A stretch of 59,209 nucleotides of DNA from Armatimonadota bacterium (GTDB lineage Bacteria > Armatimonadota > Zipacnadia > Zipacnadales > UBA5352). This document shows positions 38,928-48,553 of the stretch, piece after piece. The notes under the pieces are model-generated. The model was not told the DNA's origin. It saw only the letters and a program-made list of their open reading frames with translations, and did not search any database. The DNA is taken from positions 1-59,209 of the forward strand of contig JAYENL010000281.1 of NCBI GenBank assembly GCA_034722055.1, written 5' to 3'. Each line of letters begins with the position of its first letter. Positions within the stretch are counted from its first letter, which is position 1. The position numbers and the translations under genes were made by a program.

Positions 38928-39638
38928 TCACAGCAGGGGCTCCAGGAGGTGGAGCAGCAGGCGGCCGAAGTGCACGAAGGCGCTGCCGGTGGTTGAGACG
39001 GGGCGGATGAAGACGTCCGTCTGGCGGAAGTAGGGGCGGAACATCCACAGCATCTGCATGCCGATGAGGCCGTAGAGCACCATCCAGGCCTTCATCACTC
39101 GCAGGCTGCTCTCGCGGATGGCGGGGTCCTTCTGCACCGCCGCGGTGGCCTGGAGGGCGAAGCTGGCGCCGCAGAGGCCGCAGATGACGATCACCACGAT
39201 GTTGAGGAAGACCACGAGCTCGTAGTCCTGCAGGGACGTGAGCATCACGAAGCCCAGGGGCGGGGTAAGCGCGAACAGGAGGATGGTGGTGACGAGGACG
39301 GCGCTGAGGACCAGCGCCGCGGTCTGCCCCAGCGACAGGCGGCTGCCGGTCAGGGAGCTGAGCATGTAGAGAGTCAGCAGCGAGAGCGCAACGGTGGCCA
39401 GCATCATCCCGGGGAGCTTGATGGCGTCGTACAGCACCTGCCAGCCGCCGGCGTAAAGCCCGACGGTTGTCCCGTAGACGGCCGCGAACAGCGCCGAGAC
39501 GCCCGTCATGTGCAGCAGCAGAGGCCGGAGCCGCACCCCGCCCTGGATGCGCGCGAAGAGCAGGTCGCGCTCCACCAGGTAGCAGCGGACCACCGACCAG
39601 CTCGTCTCATGCCGGTCAGCCCGGGAGGAGGTGGCCAT
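38928..39638 (-). CDS. Multi-pass membrane protein (Yip1-like), paralog 2
   Basis: GGWQVLYDAIKLP, LTGSRLSL.QT, WMVLYGLIGMQMLWMFRPYF...VFIRP. Confidence 0.75.
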   Translation of the reverse strand: MATSSRADRHETSWSVVRCYLVERDLLFARIQGGVRLRPLLLHMTGVSALFAAVYGTTVGLYAGGWQVLYDAIKLPGMMLATVALSLLTLYMLSSLTGSRLSLGQTAALVLSAVLVTTILLFALTPPLGFVMLTSLQDYELVVFLNIVVIVICGLCGASFALQATAAVQKDPAIRESSLRVMKAWMVLYGLIGMQMLWMFRPYFRQTDVFIRPVSTTGSAFVHFGRLLLHLLEPLL

Positions 39639-39644
39639 GGCCGG

Positions 39645-40529
39645 CTATCCTCCGGAACCTTCCAGGAAGGCCCACAGGGTCCTCAGGACTGCCACGAAGA
39701 AGTTGCCGCTGCGCGGCCGGATGAACACGTCCGTGGCGTTGAAGAACGGCCGCAGCAGCCACCCCATCTGCGCGCCGACCACGGCGTAGAGGACCACCCA
39801 CCACTTCAGCATTCTGACGATGGGGCTCTCGGCCTCCCGGTCGGGTGTCATGGAGGCGGCGGCTCGGAAGAGGAACTGCACCCCGAGAAAGCCCGAGACC
39901 GCGAAGACGAGAACGTTGATGAGAATCCCGAACTCATAGGCGCCGGGTGCGGTGAACATGAAGAACCACGTCACGGGCGCGAAGCCGACGAGGATCGTGG
40001 ACATCACGGCAGTTGCCGTGAACGCGATGGTGCAGGTCTGCGCCAGGCTCAGGCGGCTGCCCAGGTAGCTGCTGAAGATGTAGAGGCAGGGCAAACATAG
40101 TGCCAGCGTGAAGACCATGATCCACGGCATCTTGACGGGGTTGTAGAGAATCTGCCAGCCGCCCACCGAGATACCCACCACAAAGCCGTAGAACACGCCT
40201 CCGAGGATGGTGACCAGCAGCGAATCCACCAGGTAGCGGGGGAGATTCTGCTCGTTGACGATGTCGTCGAAGACGTGCTCCTGATACTTGAGCAGCCACT
40301 CCATCAGCGCCAGGCGGCCCAGGAAGCTGTCCTTGCGCTCCTCCGGGCGCTCGGGCGGCTCCGGCTCCTCGGACTCTGGTGGGCCGGGCTCAGGTGGCTG
40401 GGCCTCGGGCGGCTGGCCCTGGTCCGATGGCGGCCCCTGGGACGGAGGCGGTGGCGGGGGCTTGTCACCGAAGGCGAGGAGACCCCGCCGTGCGTCAAGG
40501 TGTCCGACGCCGGATCGGCTTGCCGACAT
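39645..40529 (-). CDS. Multi-pass membrane protein (Yip1-like) with Pro-rich N-terminus, paralog 1
   Basis: GGWQILYNPVKMP, YLGSRLSL.QT, WVVLYAVVGAQMGWLLRPFF...VFIRP. Start uncertain. Confidence 0.75.
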   Translation of the reverse strand: MSASRSGVGHLDARRGLLAFGDKPPPPPPSQGPPSDQGQPPEAQPPEPGPPESEEPEPPERPEERKDSFLGRLALMEWLLKYQEHVFDDIVNEQNLPRYLVDSLLVTILGGVFYGFVVGISVGGWQILYNPVKMPWIMVFTLALCLPCLYIFSSYLGSRLSLAQTCTIAFTATAVMSTILVGFAPVTWFFMFTAPGAYEFGILINVLVFAVSGFLGVQFLFRAAASMTPDREAESPIVRMLKWWVVLYAVVGAQMGWLLRPFFNATDVFIRPRSGNFFVAVLRTLWAFLEGSGG

Positions 40530-40986
40530 GGGCACACCCGCCCAACATGATGGGGATAACCGTCTGCGCTGGGCGCAGCTTCGCCTTCGACGCGCAGATA
40601 CCTCCTGCGGGCCGCGCGATGGGCCCGCCACAGGGCCTCCCCCCGAGCCGAGCTTCGCTCGGCCCACCCCCCTCCCTGGCGCCACAGACGACGTGGCGCA
40701 GGCGGGAGGGGGGAACGGATTCGCGCCCGGTCCGCCATCCTCTCTCGCGCAGCAGGAATGTCGTGGGGGGAGCAACGGCGGGCGGGCCAGTGGTTCGGCC
40801 CCTCGATGACGCCTCGCGCCGCTGCCTTTGCCGTACGGAGCGGCGGGCAGCCCTGCCCGCCGGCTGTTTGCCGTTGCCGTGTCCCCCTCTCCCGCCTGCG
40901 GCCAAGCCGCCAGGGAGAGGGGCAAAGCAGTTCGCCTCGCGAACTGCAAGGGGGTGAGGCAGCAGTCACGCTCTTGCCCGGCCGGT

Positions 40987-41015
40987 TTGACAACGCGCTG
41001 CCCCCGGCGCATAAT
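40987..41015 (+). promoter_or_regulatory. Sigma70 promoter upstream of znuA
   Basis: TTGACA (40987-40992), 17-nt spacer, CATAAT (41010-41015). Confidence 0.7.
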
Positions 41016-41063
41016 CGCGGACGCGCGAACCAAGGGCGCGCAATGAAGGCGGCGAGCGGAGAG

Positions 41064-41957
41064 ATGCGCCGGTGGAGCGGAGTGGCTGCGGTGCTGGGCA
41101 TGACCCTGTTGGGGCTCTCGTGCCGGGAGGCGCCGGAGGAGGGCGGTCCGGGCCCGTCCCCCCAGACGGCGCTGTCGGCCTTCGTGAGCATCCCGCCCCA
41201 GGCCTATCTTGTGGAGCGAGTCGGTGGGAGGCACGTGCAGGTGAACGTGCTCGTGGGGCCGGGACAGTCTCCGGCCACCTATGAGCCCTCGCCCTCGCAG
41301 ATGTCGGGCCTGGACGAGGCAGACGTCTACTTCCGCATCGGCGTGCCGTTTGAGGAGGCGCTGGTGCCCCGCATTCGGGCGTCGATGCCCGATCTGCCTA
41401 TCGTGGACACCAGGCAGGGAATCGAGATGCGCCCTATGGTGGGGGGCGACGATGCGCATGCGGGTGAGGCCCGCAGAGACCCGCACACCTGGCTCGATCC
41501 CGACCTGGCGAAGATGCAGGCTCGGACGATCTGCGAGAACCTGCAGGAGCTCGACCCCGAGCACGCGGATCAGTACCAGCGCAACCTGGAGGGGCTCCTC
41601 GCCGACCTGGAGGCGGTGGATGAGGAGATCGCCCGCGCCCTGGAGCCCTTTCGGGGCGCCGAGATACTGGTGTTTCATCCGGCCTACGGGTACTTCGCGG
41701 ATGCCTACGGGCTGAAGCAGGTGGCTATCGAGCTGGAGGGCAAGCGGCCCACCCCCAGGCAGCTCGAGGCCATCATCGAGGAGGCCGAGTGCAGGGACAT
41801 CCGGGCCATCTTCGTGCAGCCGCAGTTCTCCACCGCCAGCGCCGAGGCAATCGCGCGCGAGATCGGTGCGGTGGTGGTGCCGCTGGATCCCCTGGCGCGT
41901 GACTACCTCTCGAACCTCAGGCAGATGGCGCAGCGCATCCGCAGCGCTCTGGAGTAG
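41064..41957 (+). CDS. znuA: Zn/Mn ABC transporter substrate-binding lipoprotein
   Basis: LGLSC lipobox, VSIPPQ, SPATYEP, DPHTWLDP, FHPAYGYF, LDPLA. Alternative start 41043. Confidence 0.88.
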   Translation: MRRWSGVAAVLGMTLLGLSCREAPEEGGPGPSPQTALSAFVSIPPQAYLVERVGGRHVQVNVLVGPGQSPATYEPSPSQMSGLDEADVYFRIGVPFEEALVPRIRASMPDLPIVDTRQGIEMRPMVGGDDAHAGEARRDPHTWLDPDLAKMQARTICENLQELDPEHADQYQRNLEGLLADLEAVDEEIARALEPFRGAEILVFHPAYGYFADAYGLKQVAIELEGKRPTPRQLEAIIEEAECRDIRAIFVQPQFSTASAEAIAREIGAVVVPLDPLARDYLSNLRQMAQRIRSALE

Positions 41958-42096
41958 TGCCTGCCTCTCGCACGGAGGCCACGCGTGTCCAAAGCTGATG
42001 CGGACGTAGTTCGCTACCGGCACACCGAGTAGTGCCCGGCAGCCGATCGCCGGCACACAGAGCCCTCCGGGCGGGGAATGCGTCGCAGGCCACGGC

Positions 42097-43209
42097 ATGA
42101 GTGACGAGCAGGGACGCCAGATGAGGGACGCTCAGCGCGCCTCCCGCATCCGGGAGCTGCTGCTGGCGTGGTTCGACGAGCAGCGCCGGGACCTGCCGTG
42201 GCGGCGGAGCGACGATCCCTACCGCATTTGGGTCTCGGAGATCATGCTCCAGCAGACCCAGGTGGAGCGGGTGGTCCCGTACTACGAGCGCTTCCTGGAG
42301 GCCTTCCCCACCGTCCACGATCTTGCGGGAGCGGACGTGGATGAGGTGCTGCGCCTGTGGGAGGGGCTGGGGTACTACTCACGGGCCAGGAATCTGCATC
42401 GGGCCGCGTGCATGATGGTGGAGGCTCACGGCGGGCGGTTCCCCCGCGGGCTGGAGGAGGCGCTGGCGCTGCCTGGCGTGGGGCGGTACACCGCAGGCGC
42501 GATCCTCAGCATCGCCTACCATGAGCCGGTGCCGGCGGTGGATGCCAATGCCGCGCGGGTGCTGGCGCGGCTGTTCGCGGTGGACGGCAGAATCGATGGG
42601 GGAGAGGGCCGGCAGCGCATCGAAGAGCTTGCGCAGCTTACGCTGTCCCGAAAGCGTCCCGGAGACTTCAATCAGGCCCTGATGGAGCTGGGGGCGATGA
42701 TCTGCACCGCCGGCCGGCCGGGATGCCTGCTGTGTCCGGCGACCGAGGTATGTGCCGGCCGGGCGGCGGGTCGCGAGACGGAGATTCCGCCTCCGGGGAG
42801 GGCCGCCACGCGCAGGCAGCGCGCCGTGGCCGGGGTCATCCGCCGCGATGGCCGCGTCCTGGTCGCGAAGCGGGACGAGGAGAGCCACTGGCCGGGCCTG
42901 TGGGAGTTCCCCGCGGTCATCCTGGAGGGCGACCAGCGGGCCGATGAGGCGCTGAGGGAGTATCTGGCGGCGAATACAGGGCTGGAGGTCGCCATCGGCG
43001 AGGTGCTGGCGGAGCTGTCCTACGGTATTATGAACCGGCGGGTGGACCTCACAGCGCGCTGGTGCGAGGTCACCGGCGGAGAGACACGAGCATCGGGGCA
43101 TGAGCGAGTGCGCTGGATGGCTCCGGAGGAGCTGCCGGAGGTTGCCATGCCCTCACCGCACCGCGCGCTGGCCGAGATTGTCCAGGAGCGGATGGCGAAA
43201 AAGCGGTAG
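42097..43209 (+). CDS. mutY: A/G-specific adenine glycosylase
   Basis: WVSEIMLQQTQV, WEGLGYYSRARNL, HhH LPGVGRYTA, C-X6-C-X2-C-X5-C cluster, C-terminal NUDIX-like GLWEFP. Confidence 0.95.
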   Translation: MSDEQGRQMRDAQRASRIRELLLAWFDEQRRDLPWRRSDDPYRIWVSEIMLQQTQVERVVPYYERFLEAFPTVHDLAGADVDEVLRLWEGLGYYSRARNLHRAACMMVEAHGGRFPRGLEEALALPGVGRYTAGAILSIAYHEPVPAVDANAARVLARLFAVDGRIDGGEGRQRIEELAQLTLSRKRPGDFNQALMELGAMICTAGRPGCLLCPATEVCAGRAAGRETEIPPPGRAATRRQRAVAGVIRRDGRVLVAKRDEESHWPGLWEFPAVILEGDQRADEALREYLAANTGLEVAIGEVLAELSYGIMNRRVDLTARWCEVTGGETRASGHERVRWMAPEELPEVAMPSPHRALAEIVQERMAKKR

Positions 43210-43317
43210 GCTTCGTGCAAAGCGCAGTGCACGGGCCCAGCGGCGAATCCGCGCCAGCGACGCTCTCTGGGCAGGGACACCTCGATGCCGGCGCGAATCC
43301 CTTGTCAGGACTGAGCC

Positions 43318-44487
43318 ATGCGCACCATACTCTACGTGGGAAAGGGCGGCGTGGGGAAGACCACGGTGGCCGCCGCCACCGGCCTGGCGATCGCGGATGG
43401 GGGCCGCAGGGCCCTGGTGATGAGCACGGATCGCGCTCACAGCCTCGGCGACGCCCTGGACCGGGATCTGGGGCGGGAGCCGGAGGCGGTGGCGGAGGGT
43501 CTCGACGCCGTGGAGGTGGACGTTCACTGGGAGCTGGAGCGCAACTGGGGGGAGGTGCGGCAGTATCTGCGCTCGCTCTTCACGGCCACCGGCGCCAGGA
43601 GGATCGTGGCGGAGCAGGTCGCGGTGCTGCCGGGCATCGAGGAGCTGCTGGGGCTGCTGCGCCTGCAGGAGTTCGCGACCGAGGGCGAGTACGATGTGGT
43701 GGTCGTAGACTGCGCCCCGACCGGGGCGACGCTGCGGCTGCTGTCGCTGCCGGAGGTCGCCGAATGGTACATGCGCAAGTTCTTCAAGATCGAGCGCGCT
43801 GCGGTGCGCACCATGAAGCCGCTGGCGGATCGCGTCTTCCCGGTGCCGCTGCCGGAGGATGGCGTCTACGCTACGATCGAGCGCCTCTACGGGGCGCTGG
43901 AGGGCCTCCGGACATTGCTCAGCGATTCGGCCACCACGACGCTGCGCCCGGTCACGCTGCCGGAGCAGATGGCGATACGTGAGACCCGGCGGCTGTACGG
44001 CTCCGTGCTGCTCTACGACCTGTGTGTGGATGCCGTGGTGGTCAACCGCGTCTACCCGCGTGAGGCCGGAGACGACTTCAGCCGCGGCATACGCCGGCAA
44101 CAGGAGGCGCGGCTGCAGGAGATCGAGGAGGCATTCGCGCCTCTTCCCATCGCGCATCTGCAGCGCCTGCCCCAGGAGGCGGTGGGGATGGTGATTCTCC
44201 GGCAACTGGCGGAGGCGCTTGCGGCGCAGTTGGAGCCCGCCGAGGTGCTGGTGGAGGGCAGCCCGGTGCAGGTCCGGGAGCGGGACGGCGCGTATGTTAT
44301 GACGATGGCGATGCCCTTCGCCGAGCGGGATGACGTCGATCTGCTGCAGGACGGAGACGAGCTGGTGGTGCAGGTGGGCGGCATCAGGCGCAATCTGGTG
44401 CTGCCCCCGGTGCTGGCCGACAGGGAGGTACAACGCGCGGAGATGCGCGAGGGCAGGCTCTGTATTCAATTCGGAGGTGACGAGTGA
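43318..44487 (+). CDS. ArsA/Get3 family ATPase with C-terminal HSP20-like domain
   Basis: GKGGVGKTT, STD.AHSL.D, LPGIEE, DCAPTG.TLRLL, and a C-terminal GDELVVQVGG.RRNLVLP domain. Confidence 0.9.
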   Translation: MRTILYVGKGGVGKTTVAAATGLAIADGGRRALVMSTDRAHSLGDALDRDLGREPEAVAEGLDAVEVDVHWELERNWGEVRQYLRSLFTATGARRIVAEQVAVLPGIEELLGLLRLQEFATEGEYDVVVVDCAPTGATLRLLSLPEVAEWYMRKFFKIERAAVRTMKPLADRVFPVPLPEDGVYATIERLYGALEGLRTLLSDSATTTLRPVTLPEQMAIRETRRLYGSVLLYDLCVDAVVVNRVYPREAGDDFSRGIRRQQEARLQEIEEAFAPLPIAHLQRLPQEAVGMVILRQLAEALAAQLEPAEVLVEGSPVQVRERDGAYVMTMAMPFAERDDVDLLQDGDELVVQVGGIRRNLVLPPVLADREVQRAEMREGRLCIQFGGDE

Positions 44488-44693
44488 TGGCTCCGGACCG
44501 CAGATGGTTGACAACGTGCGTTGAGCGCCTGGAGGAGCGCCTGGACGAGCTGCGACGGTCGGATGTCGCGCGGCATCTGATGAACTCCCGCAAGGAGCTG
44601 CTGCTGGCAGTGCGGGCCGTGCTCGACCAGGAGATCGAGAGAATGGAGCGCCTCGCCGAGCCCACCGAGCCCAGGAAGATCGACGTCGAGTAG
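44487..44693 (+). CDS. Small helical protein translationally coupled to the ArsA/Get3 ATPase
   Basis: TGATG overlap, GGAGG RBS, HLMNSRKELLLAVRAVLD..IE, C-terminal RKIDVE. Confidence 0.75.
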   Translation: MAPDRRWLTTCVERLEERLDELRRSDVARHLMNSRKELLLAVRAVLDQEIERMERLAEPTEPRKIDVE

Positions 44694-44884
44694 GTCGCCT
44701 CTGTGGTTGCTTGACCATGGCGTCGAAGCAGATGCGCTGCCTCGCCGGGGGCATTCCTCATGGCCATGGGCGTACGGCGCAGCGGACCCGGGCCAGCGCG
44801 CAGGCGCCGCTACGCTTCGCCGGCCCGAGAGAGGCACCGGCCTCAGCGTGAGCCGGGGTCCGTGGCGCACCGGGCGGACGGGAG

Positions 44885-45427
44885 TCAGGGCTGACACGCG
44901 AGCGAGCGGACGAGTTCCAGGTCCAGCGGGCCCTTTCGGCCCCAGCCCTTCTTCCCCCTGGGGATCTCCGGGCGGAACTGGGTGTAGAGGTCGTAGGCGG
45001 CCTCGGCGAATCCCTCGGGGTCGTCGTAGGAGCCGGCAAGCTCGCGCATGGCCGCGGTGACCGCCTCCAGGTGCTCGCCGAACTTGCCCTCCAGGTACTT
45101 GGTCACCTTGGCGGGCTCGATAGGCTTGTCCTTGAGGCACGCGCGCACGTCGTCCTCCCCGACGTACTTCGCCGGAACGCGGCGCCCGCACAGGCTGACC
45201 CACAGGTCCTCGCCGAGTCCCGTCTTCTTCGGCTCTCCTCCGCGCTCTGTGGCCTTGGGAGGCCCGAAGATTCCCAGCGCCCGTCCTTTGGACTGGGCGT
45301 TGAGGCCCGCCATGGCCTTTCCCAGCGTCAGCGCGCACTCCCAGTCCCATCCCAGCCGCTCGGCCACCACCGCACCCCACAGCGTCAGGACGGGAGCGCG
45401 GTTGATCATCACCACGTTGTCAGCCAT
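44885..45427 (-). CDS. Conserved hypothetical protein
   Basis: GGAGG RBS. INRAPVLTLW..VVAERLG, KGRALGI, YL..KFG, LY.QFRP...GWG.KG.LDL. Confidence 0.75.
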   Translation of the reverse strand: MADNVVMINRAPVLTLWGAVVAERLGWDWECALTLGKAMAGLNAQSKGRALGIFGPPKATERGGEPKKTGLGEDLWVSLCGRRVPAKYVGEDDVRACLKDKPIEPAKVTKYLEGKFGEHLEAVTAAMRELAGSYDDPEGFAEAAYDLYTQFRPEIPRGKKGWGRKGPLDLELVRSLACQP

Positions 45428-45476
45428 CCTCCTCACCTCCGGTTGTGGTGCACCCGGCGCGTCAGGGTCAAGCGCC

Positions 45477-48290
45477 TCACTGGTGGGCGCCTCGCCACGC
45501 GGACATCGACACCGTCACCCGCTGGCACGCCTGCACGGGGTAGTCGCGGACCGTGATGGTCCTGCCCTGGGCGCTCTCGATCTCCCAGCCGGTGCTCCCG
45601 TCCATCAGGTAGGCGCCGGCCAGGTCCAGGTCCGCCGGCAGCGGCTCAGCCAGCTCTACAGTGCGCCCATCGACCGAGGCTACGGCGCATTCAATGCGGG
45701 CCTGCGGCAGCTCAATGCCCTCATCGCCCGCGTTCAGCCGGGTGCCCTCCAGCAGGTACATAGCCCGAACCGCACCATCGGCAGCGAAGGACACGAAGCC
45801 GAAGCGGCCGGCCATCTCCACCGGCCCGTAGGTGCGGGGCTGGTCGTCGAGGGCCGAGATGATCCAGTCGGTCCGTCCCTCCCGCTCCACGACAACGGCG
45901 ACCGCGCCGCTCTCCTCACCCTCCGGATGCACCTCCCGCACGGAGCCGATCGGTGAGCTTTCGCCCTCCCAGGGCGCCAGGACGGCCGTGAAGGTGCTGT
46001 CGAGGCCCTCGCCGGCGCGCTCGGCGAGCACTTGCGTGATCGGCGGAGCGTTCAGATCGTAGCCCTTGTAGGTGCGCCAGCCGGGGGCGTCGGCCACGAT
46101 CAGCCGGTCGATGGGCGTGGGCATCCAGGCGTCGAGCTTCACGCCCCCGTGGTGCCACGTGGCGTGCCACGTGTCAGCCGGTCGTGCCACGCGCAGGTTC
46201 TCCATCCAGGATATCTTGCCGTCCTGGGGCGTCAGCTCCAGGCCGTGGAGGCCGAATCGATCGCCGTTGGAGTTGAGGCACCACTGGTGCAGGTCGCCGC
46301 CGGTAACGCGGAAGATATCCACCGCATAGCTCTCGTCCCCCGGGAGCTGCACGAGCGCGCAGGTGCGTCGGTACTGCGAGCACTGCTCGTAGGCGTTGGC
46401 GGAGGCCTGCACGACCTCGACTCCCGCGGCGGCGGCGAACAGCTCCAACGTGGAGTGGCGGTCCCGTGAGATCTGGTTCTGCGCGTCCACGGTGACGAGG
46501 TTGTGCGAGTAGGTGCTCCTGGTCCAGGCGTTGCGGGGATCGTCCCAGATGTAGCCGCGGTCTGAGGCCATCTCCCGGCCCAGCGCGAAGTAGGTGATCC
46601 CGAGCGTATCGTAGTGGCGGTGCCCGTGCATCTCATAGCCATTGAGGTAGAGGGCGTTGCGCCCGTGCGGGTGGCCGTTGCGGAGCACCGCCACGTGCCA
46701 GCCCGGGAACCATTCGGTATGCAGGGGCAGCGAGCTCTCACCCTCCGGCGCCGCCAGATCCGGCGGCCGGTGCCAGAGAGCGTACTCGCCCCCTTTCTCA
46801 GCGAGGGGCGCCCTCTGGGCGGCTTCCAGCAGCCCCGCGTAGCGCTCGCCGTAGTGGTCGGCGAGGATCTCGACCCAGATCGACGAGATGCCGCTGCCCG
46901 AGTGCGTGTCGCCGAGCACCGGGTAGGTCAGGTCCGGCCGCAGCATCCGCACCATGGAGAGCAGGGCCAGTCGGTAGCGGTCGAGGTCCTCGTAGGGCTG
47001 CAGGTTCTGGAGGCGGTCCCCGTCATCTGGCTGATAGCCGGGCGGATCGGAGTAGCCCTGCAGGATGTCGGGGATATCCCGCATCAGCCCCAGGTGCATG
47101 CTGGAGTAGGAGGGCGACTCTCTGCAGAAGCCGTCGAAGTGGAAGCATCGTTCCAGGAGGGCGTTGATGCCCTCCAGGCCGCGCCGGACGCTCTCCGGCC
47201 GGCCGAAGAGGATTCCACATGCTGCGCTGAGCGCCCGGCCGGGGCCGCACTTGTTGTTGATGTTGTCGTAGTTCTCCAGGTCGGCGCAGCCGGCCAGGAT
47301 GAGGTCGCTGACGATGCGCTCATCCATCTCATCAGTGAGGACCGGCGTGCCATCATCTCGGCGGGCATCGCGGATGAGGTCGTAGGCGACCGTCCAGTCC
47401 AGGAGGGCGGAGCCCTCCCCGCCAACGCCGGCGGTCAGCCGCCCATCGCCCCAGAAGCCCTTCAGACGGGTGCACCGGCTGTTGTCGGGGAAGGCGGTGA
47501 CCACCGCTCCCTCGGGCAGCACGCCCATGGGACTGTGCTCGCCCATGTAGGCCGCGGCCTCGCCCGGCGGCATGTCAGCATAGGTCCCGTAGTAGCTGTG
47601 GTACAGCCAGTTCGGATAGCGCCGGGCCAGCACGTCCAGCACCCACGCGCAGCGCTCGGCGTACTGCACCTCGCCGGTCAGGGCATAGAGCTTTGCAAGC
47701 GGCAGCGGCTGGGCACGCACCCAGCTCGCTTTGTGGTAGCGGATGAGGCCGCTGAAGCTCACGTGCACCGGCCAGCTCGCCCAGCGGTAGGCGTGTTCGC
47801 CCTCGGTGTCGTCGGGGTGCGCGGCCTCCTCCGGCGGCACGTAGAAGGTGAAGGTCTGCCCCATCCTCGGTGCAGTGATCGAGCCCGTCTCCGCGAAGTC
47901 GGGGTGGGGGTAGACCGCGCCGCAGTACTTGCAGACGAGCTGGTCCGGCTCCTCGATGCTCCACTGCAGGACGCCGGTCTCGCCCATGGAGCACTGCTCT
48001 CCCACACACTGGGGGCAGACCTGGCCGTACGGCGGCCAGGGCGTGAGCTCCGGCGTCATCTCCTCGAACCACTCGCGGTCCTGCTGCATGGCGCAGGCCA
48101 CGCGCTTCCGGTAGCCCTCCAGGATGCTCCGCGCCCACTCGTGGCGCTCGATGTTCTCGCGCGCGATGGCGAGGTTCTCGGGCTTGTAGAGCGTGCAGGG
48201 CTCGGCCCGGAGGTCATGCGGGAGGAGCAGCATGATGCCTCCAAGCACCAGCGACATGCCGGCGACCAGCGTAAGACGCCTCACGGGCAA
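45477..48290 (-). CDS. Secreted heparinase II/III-like polysaccharide lyase family protein
   Basis: Signal peptide, DG.CRES.SY, YPVLGD, GHRHYDTLG, SDRGY, HNLVTVD, Y.RT.ALV, VDIFRV.GG..H. Confidence 0.8.
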   Translation of the reverse strand: MPVRRLTLVAGMSLVLGGIMLLLPHDLRAEPCTLYKPENLAIARENIERHEWARSILEGYRKRVACAMQQDREWFEEMTPELTPWPPYGQVCPQCVGEQCSMGETGVLQWSIEEPDQLVCKYCGAVYPHPDFAETGSITAPRMGQTFTFYVPPEEAAHPDDTEGEHAYRWASWPVHVSFSGLIRYHKASWVRAQPLPLAKLYALTGEVQYAERCAWVLDVLARRYPNWLYHSYYGTYADMPPGEAAAYMGEHSPMGVLPEGAVVTAFPDNSRCTRLKGFWGDGRLTAGVGGEGSALLDWTVAYDLIRDARRDDGTPVLTDEMDERIVSDLILAGCADLENYDNINNKCGPGRALSAACGILFGRPESVRRGLEGINALLERCFHFDGFCRESPSYSSMHLGLMRDIPDILQGYSDPPGYQPDDGDRLQNLQPYEDLDRYRLALLSMVRMLRPDLTYPVLGDTHSGSGISSIWVEILADHYGERYAGLLEAAQRAPLAEKGGEYALWHRPPDLAAPEGESSLPLHTEWFPGWHVAVLRNGHPHGRNALYLNGYEMHGHRHYDTLGITYFALGREMASDRGYIWDDPRNAWTRSTYSHNLVTVDAQNQISRDRHSTLELFAAAAGVEVVQASANAYEQCSQYRRTCALVQLPGDESYAVDIFRVTGGDLHQWCLNSNGDRFGLHGLELTPQDGKISWMENLRVARPADTWHATWHHGGVKLDAWMPTPIDRLIVADAPGWRTYKGYDLNAPPITQVLAERAGEGLDSTFTAVLAPWEGESSPIGSVREVHPEGEESGAVAVVVEREGRTDWIISALDDQPRTYGPVEMAGRFGFVSFAADGAVRAMYLLEGTRLNAGDEGIELPQARIECAVASVDGRTVELAEPLPADLDLAGAYLMDGSTGWEIESAQGRTITVRDYPVQACQRVTVSMSAWRGAHQ

Positions 48291-48553
48291 TCACCTCGAC
48301 GATGGGTCCCTCCTGCATCGGGTCGTCTGACGGCCGCCCGCGGCAGCTTCGTGGCGGCCGGCGATCGGCCTCAGTCCTATGCTCTTCCCCGAGTTCGGCC
48401 TGAATCCTCTCCCCGCGGCTCCGAAGGGCGACTGTCGTTGAGTCGTGCCATCGCCAGCAGAAAGCCGGGCGGGGCATGTGCGGGAGGAGAACCGCTCGCG
48501 GAGGCTGAAGGAACTAATGATGCCGGGTGGAAGCCGGCACGCCTGATCATGCG

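Noticed and set aside
39645..42098. 817-aa minus-strand ORF as one protein
   Set aside because: Its 5' two-thirds is antisense to znuA and intergenic DNA. Only the last ~294 codons resemble the adjacent paralogue.
43318..44487. Arsenic-resistance operon
   Set aside because: Single ATPase domain with an HSP20-like tail, and no arsB/acr3, arsC, arsD or arsR nearby.
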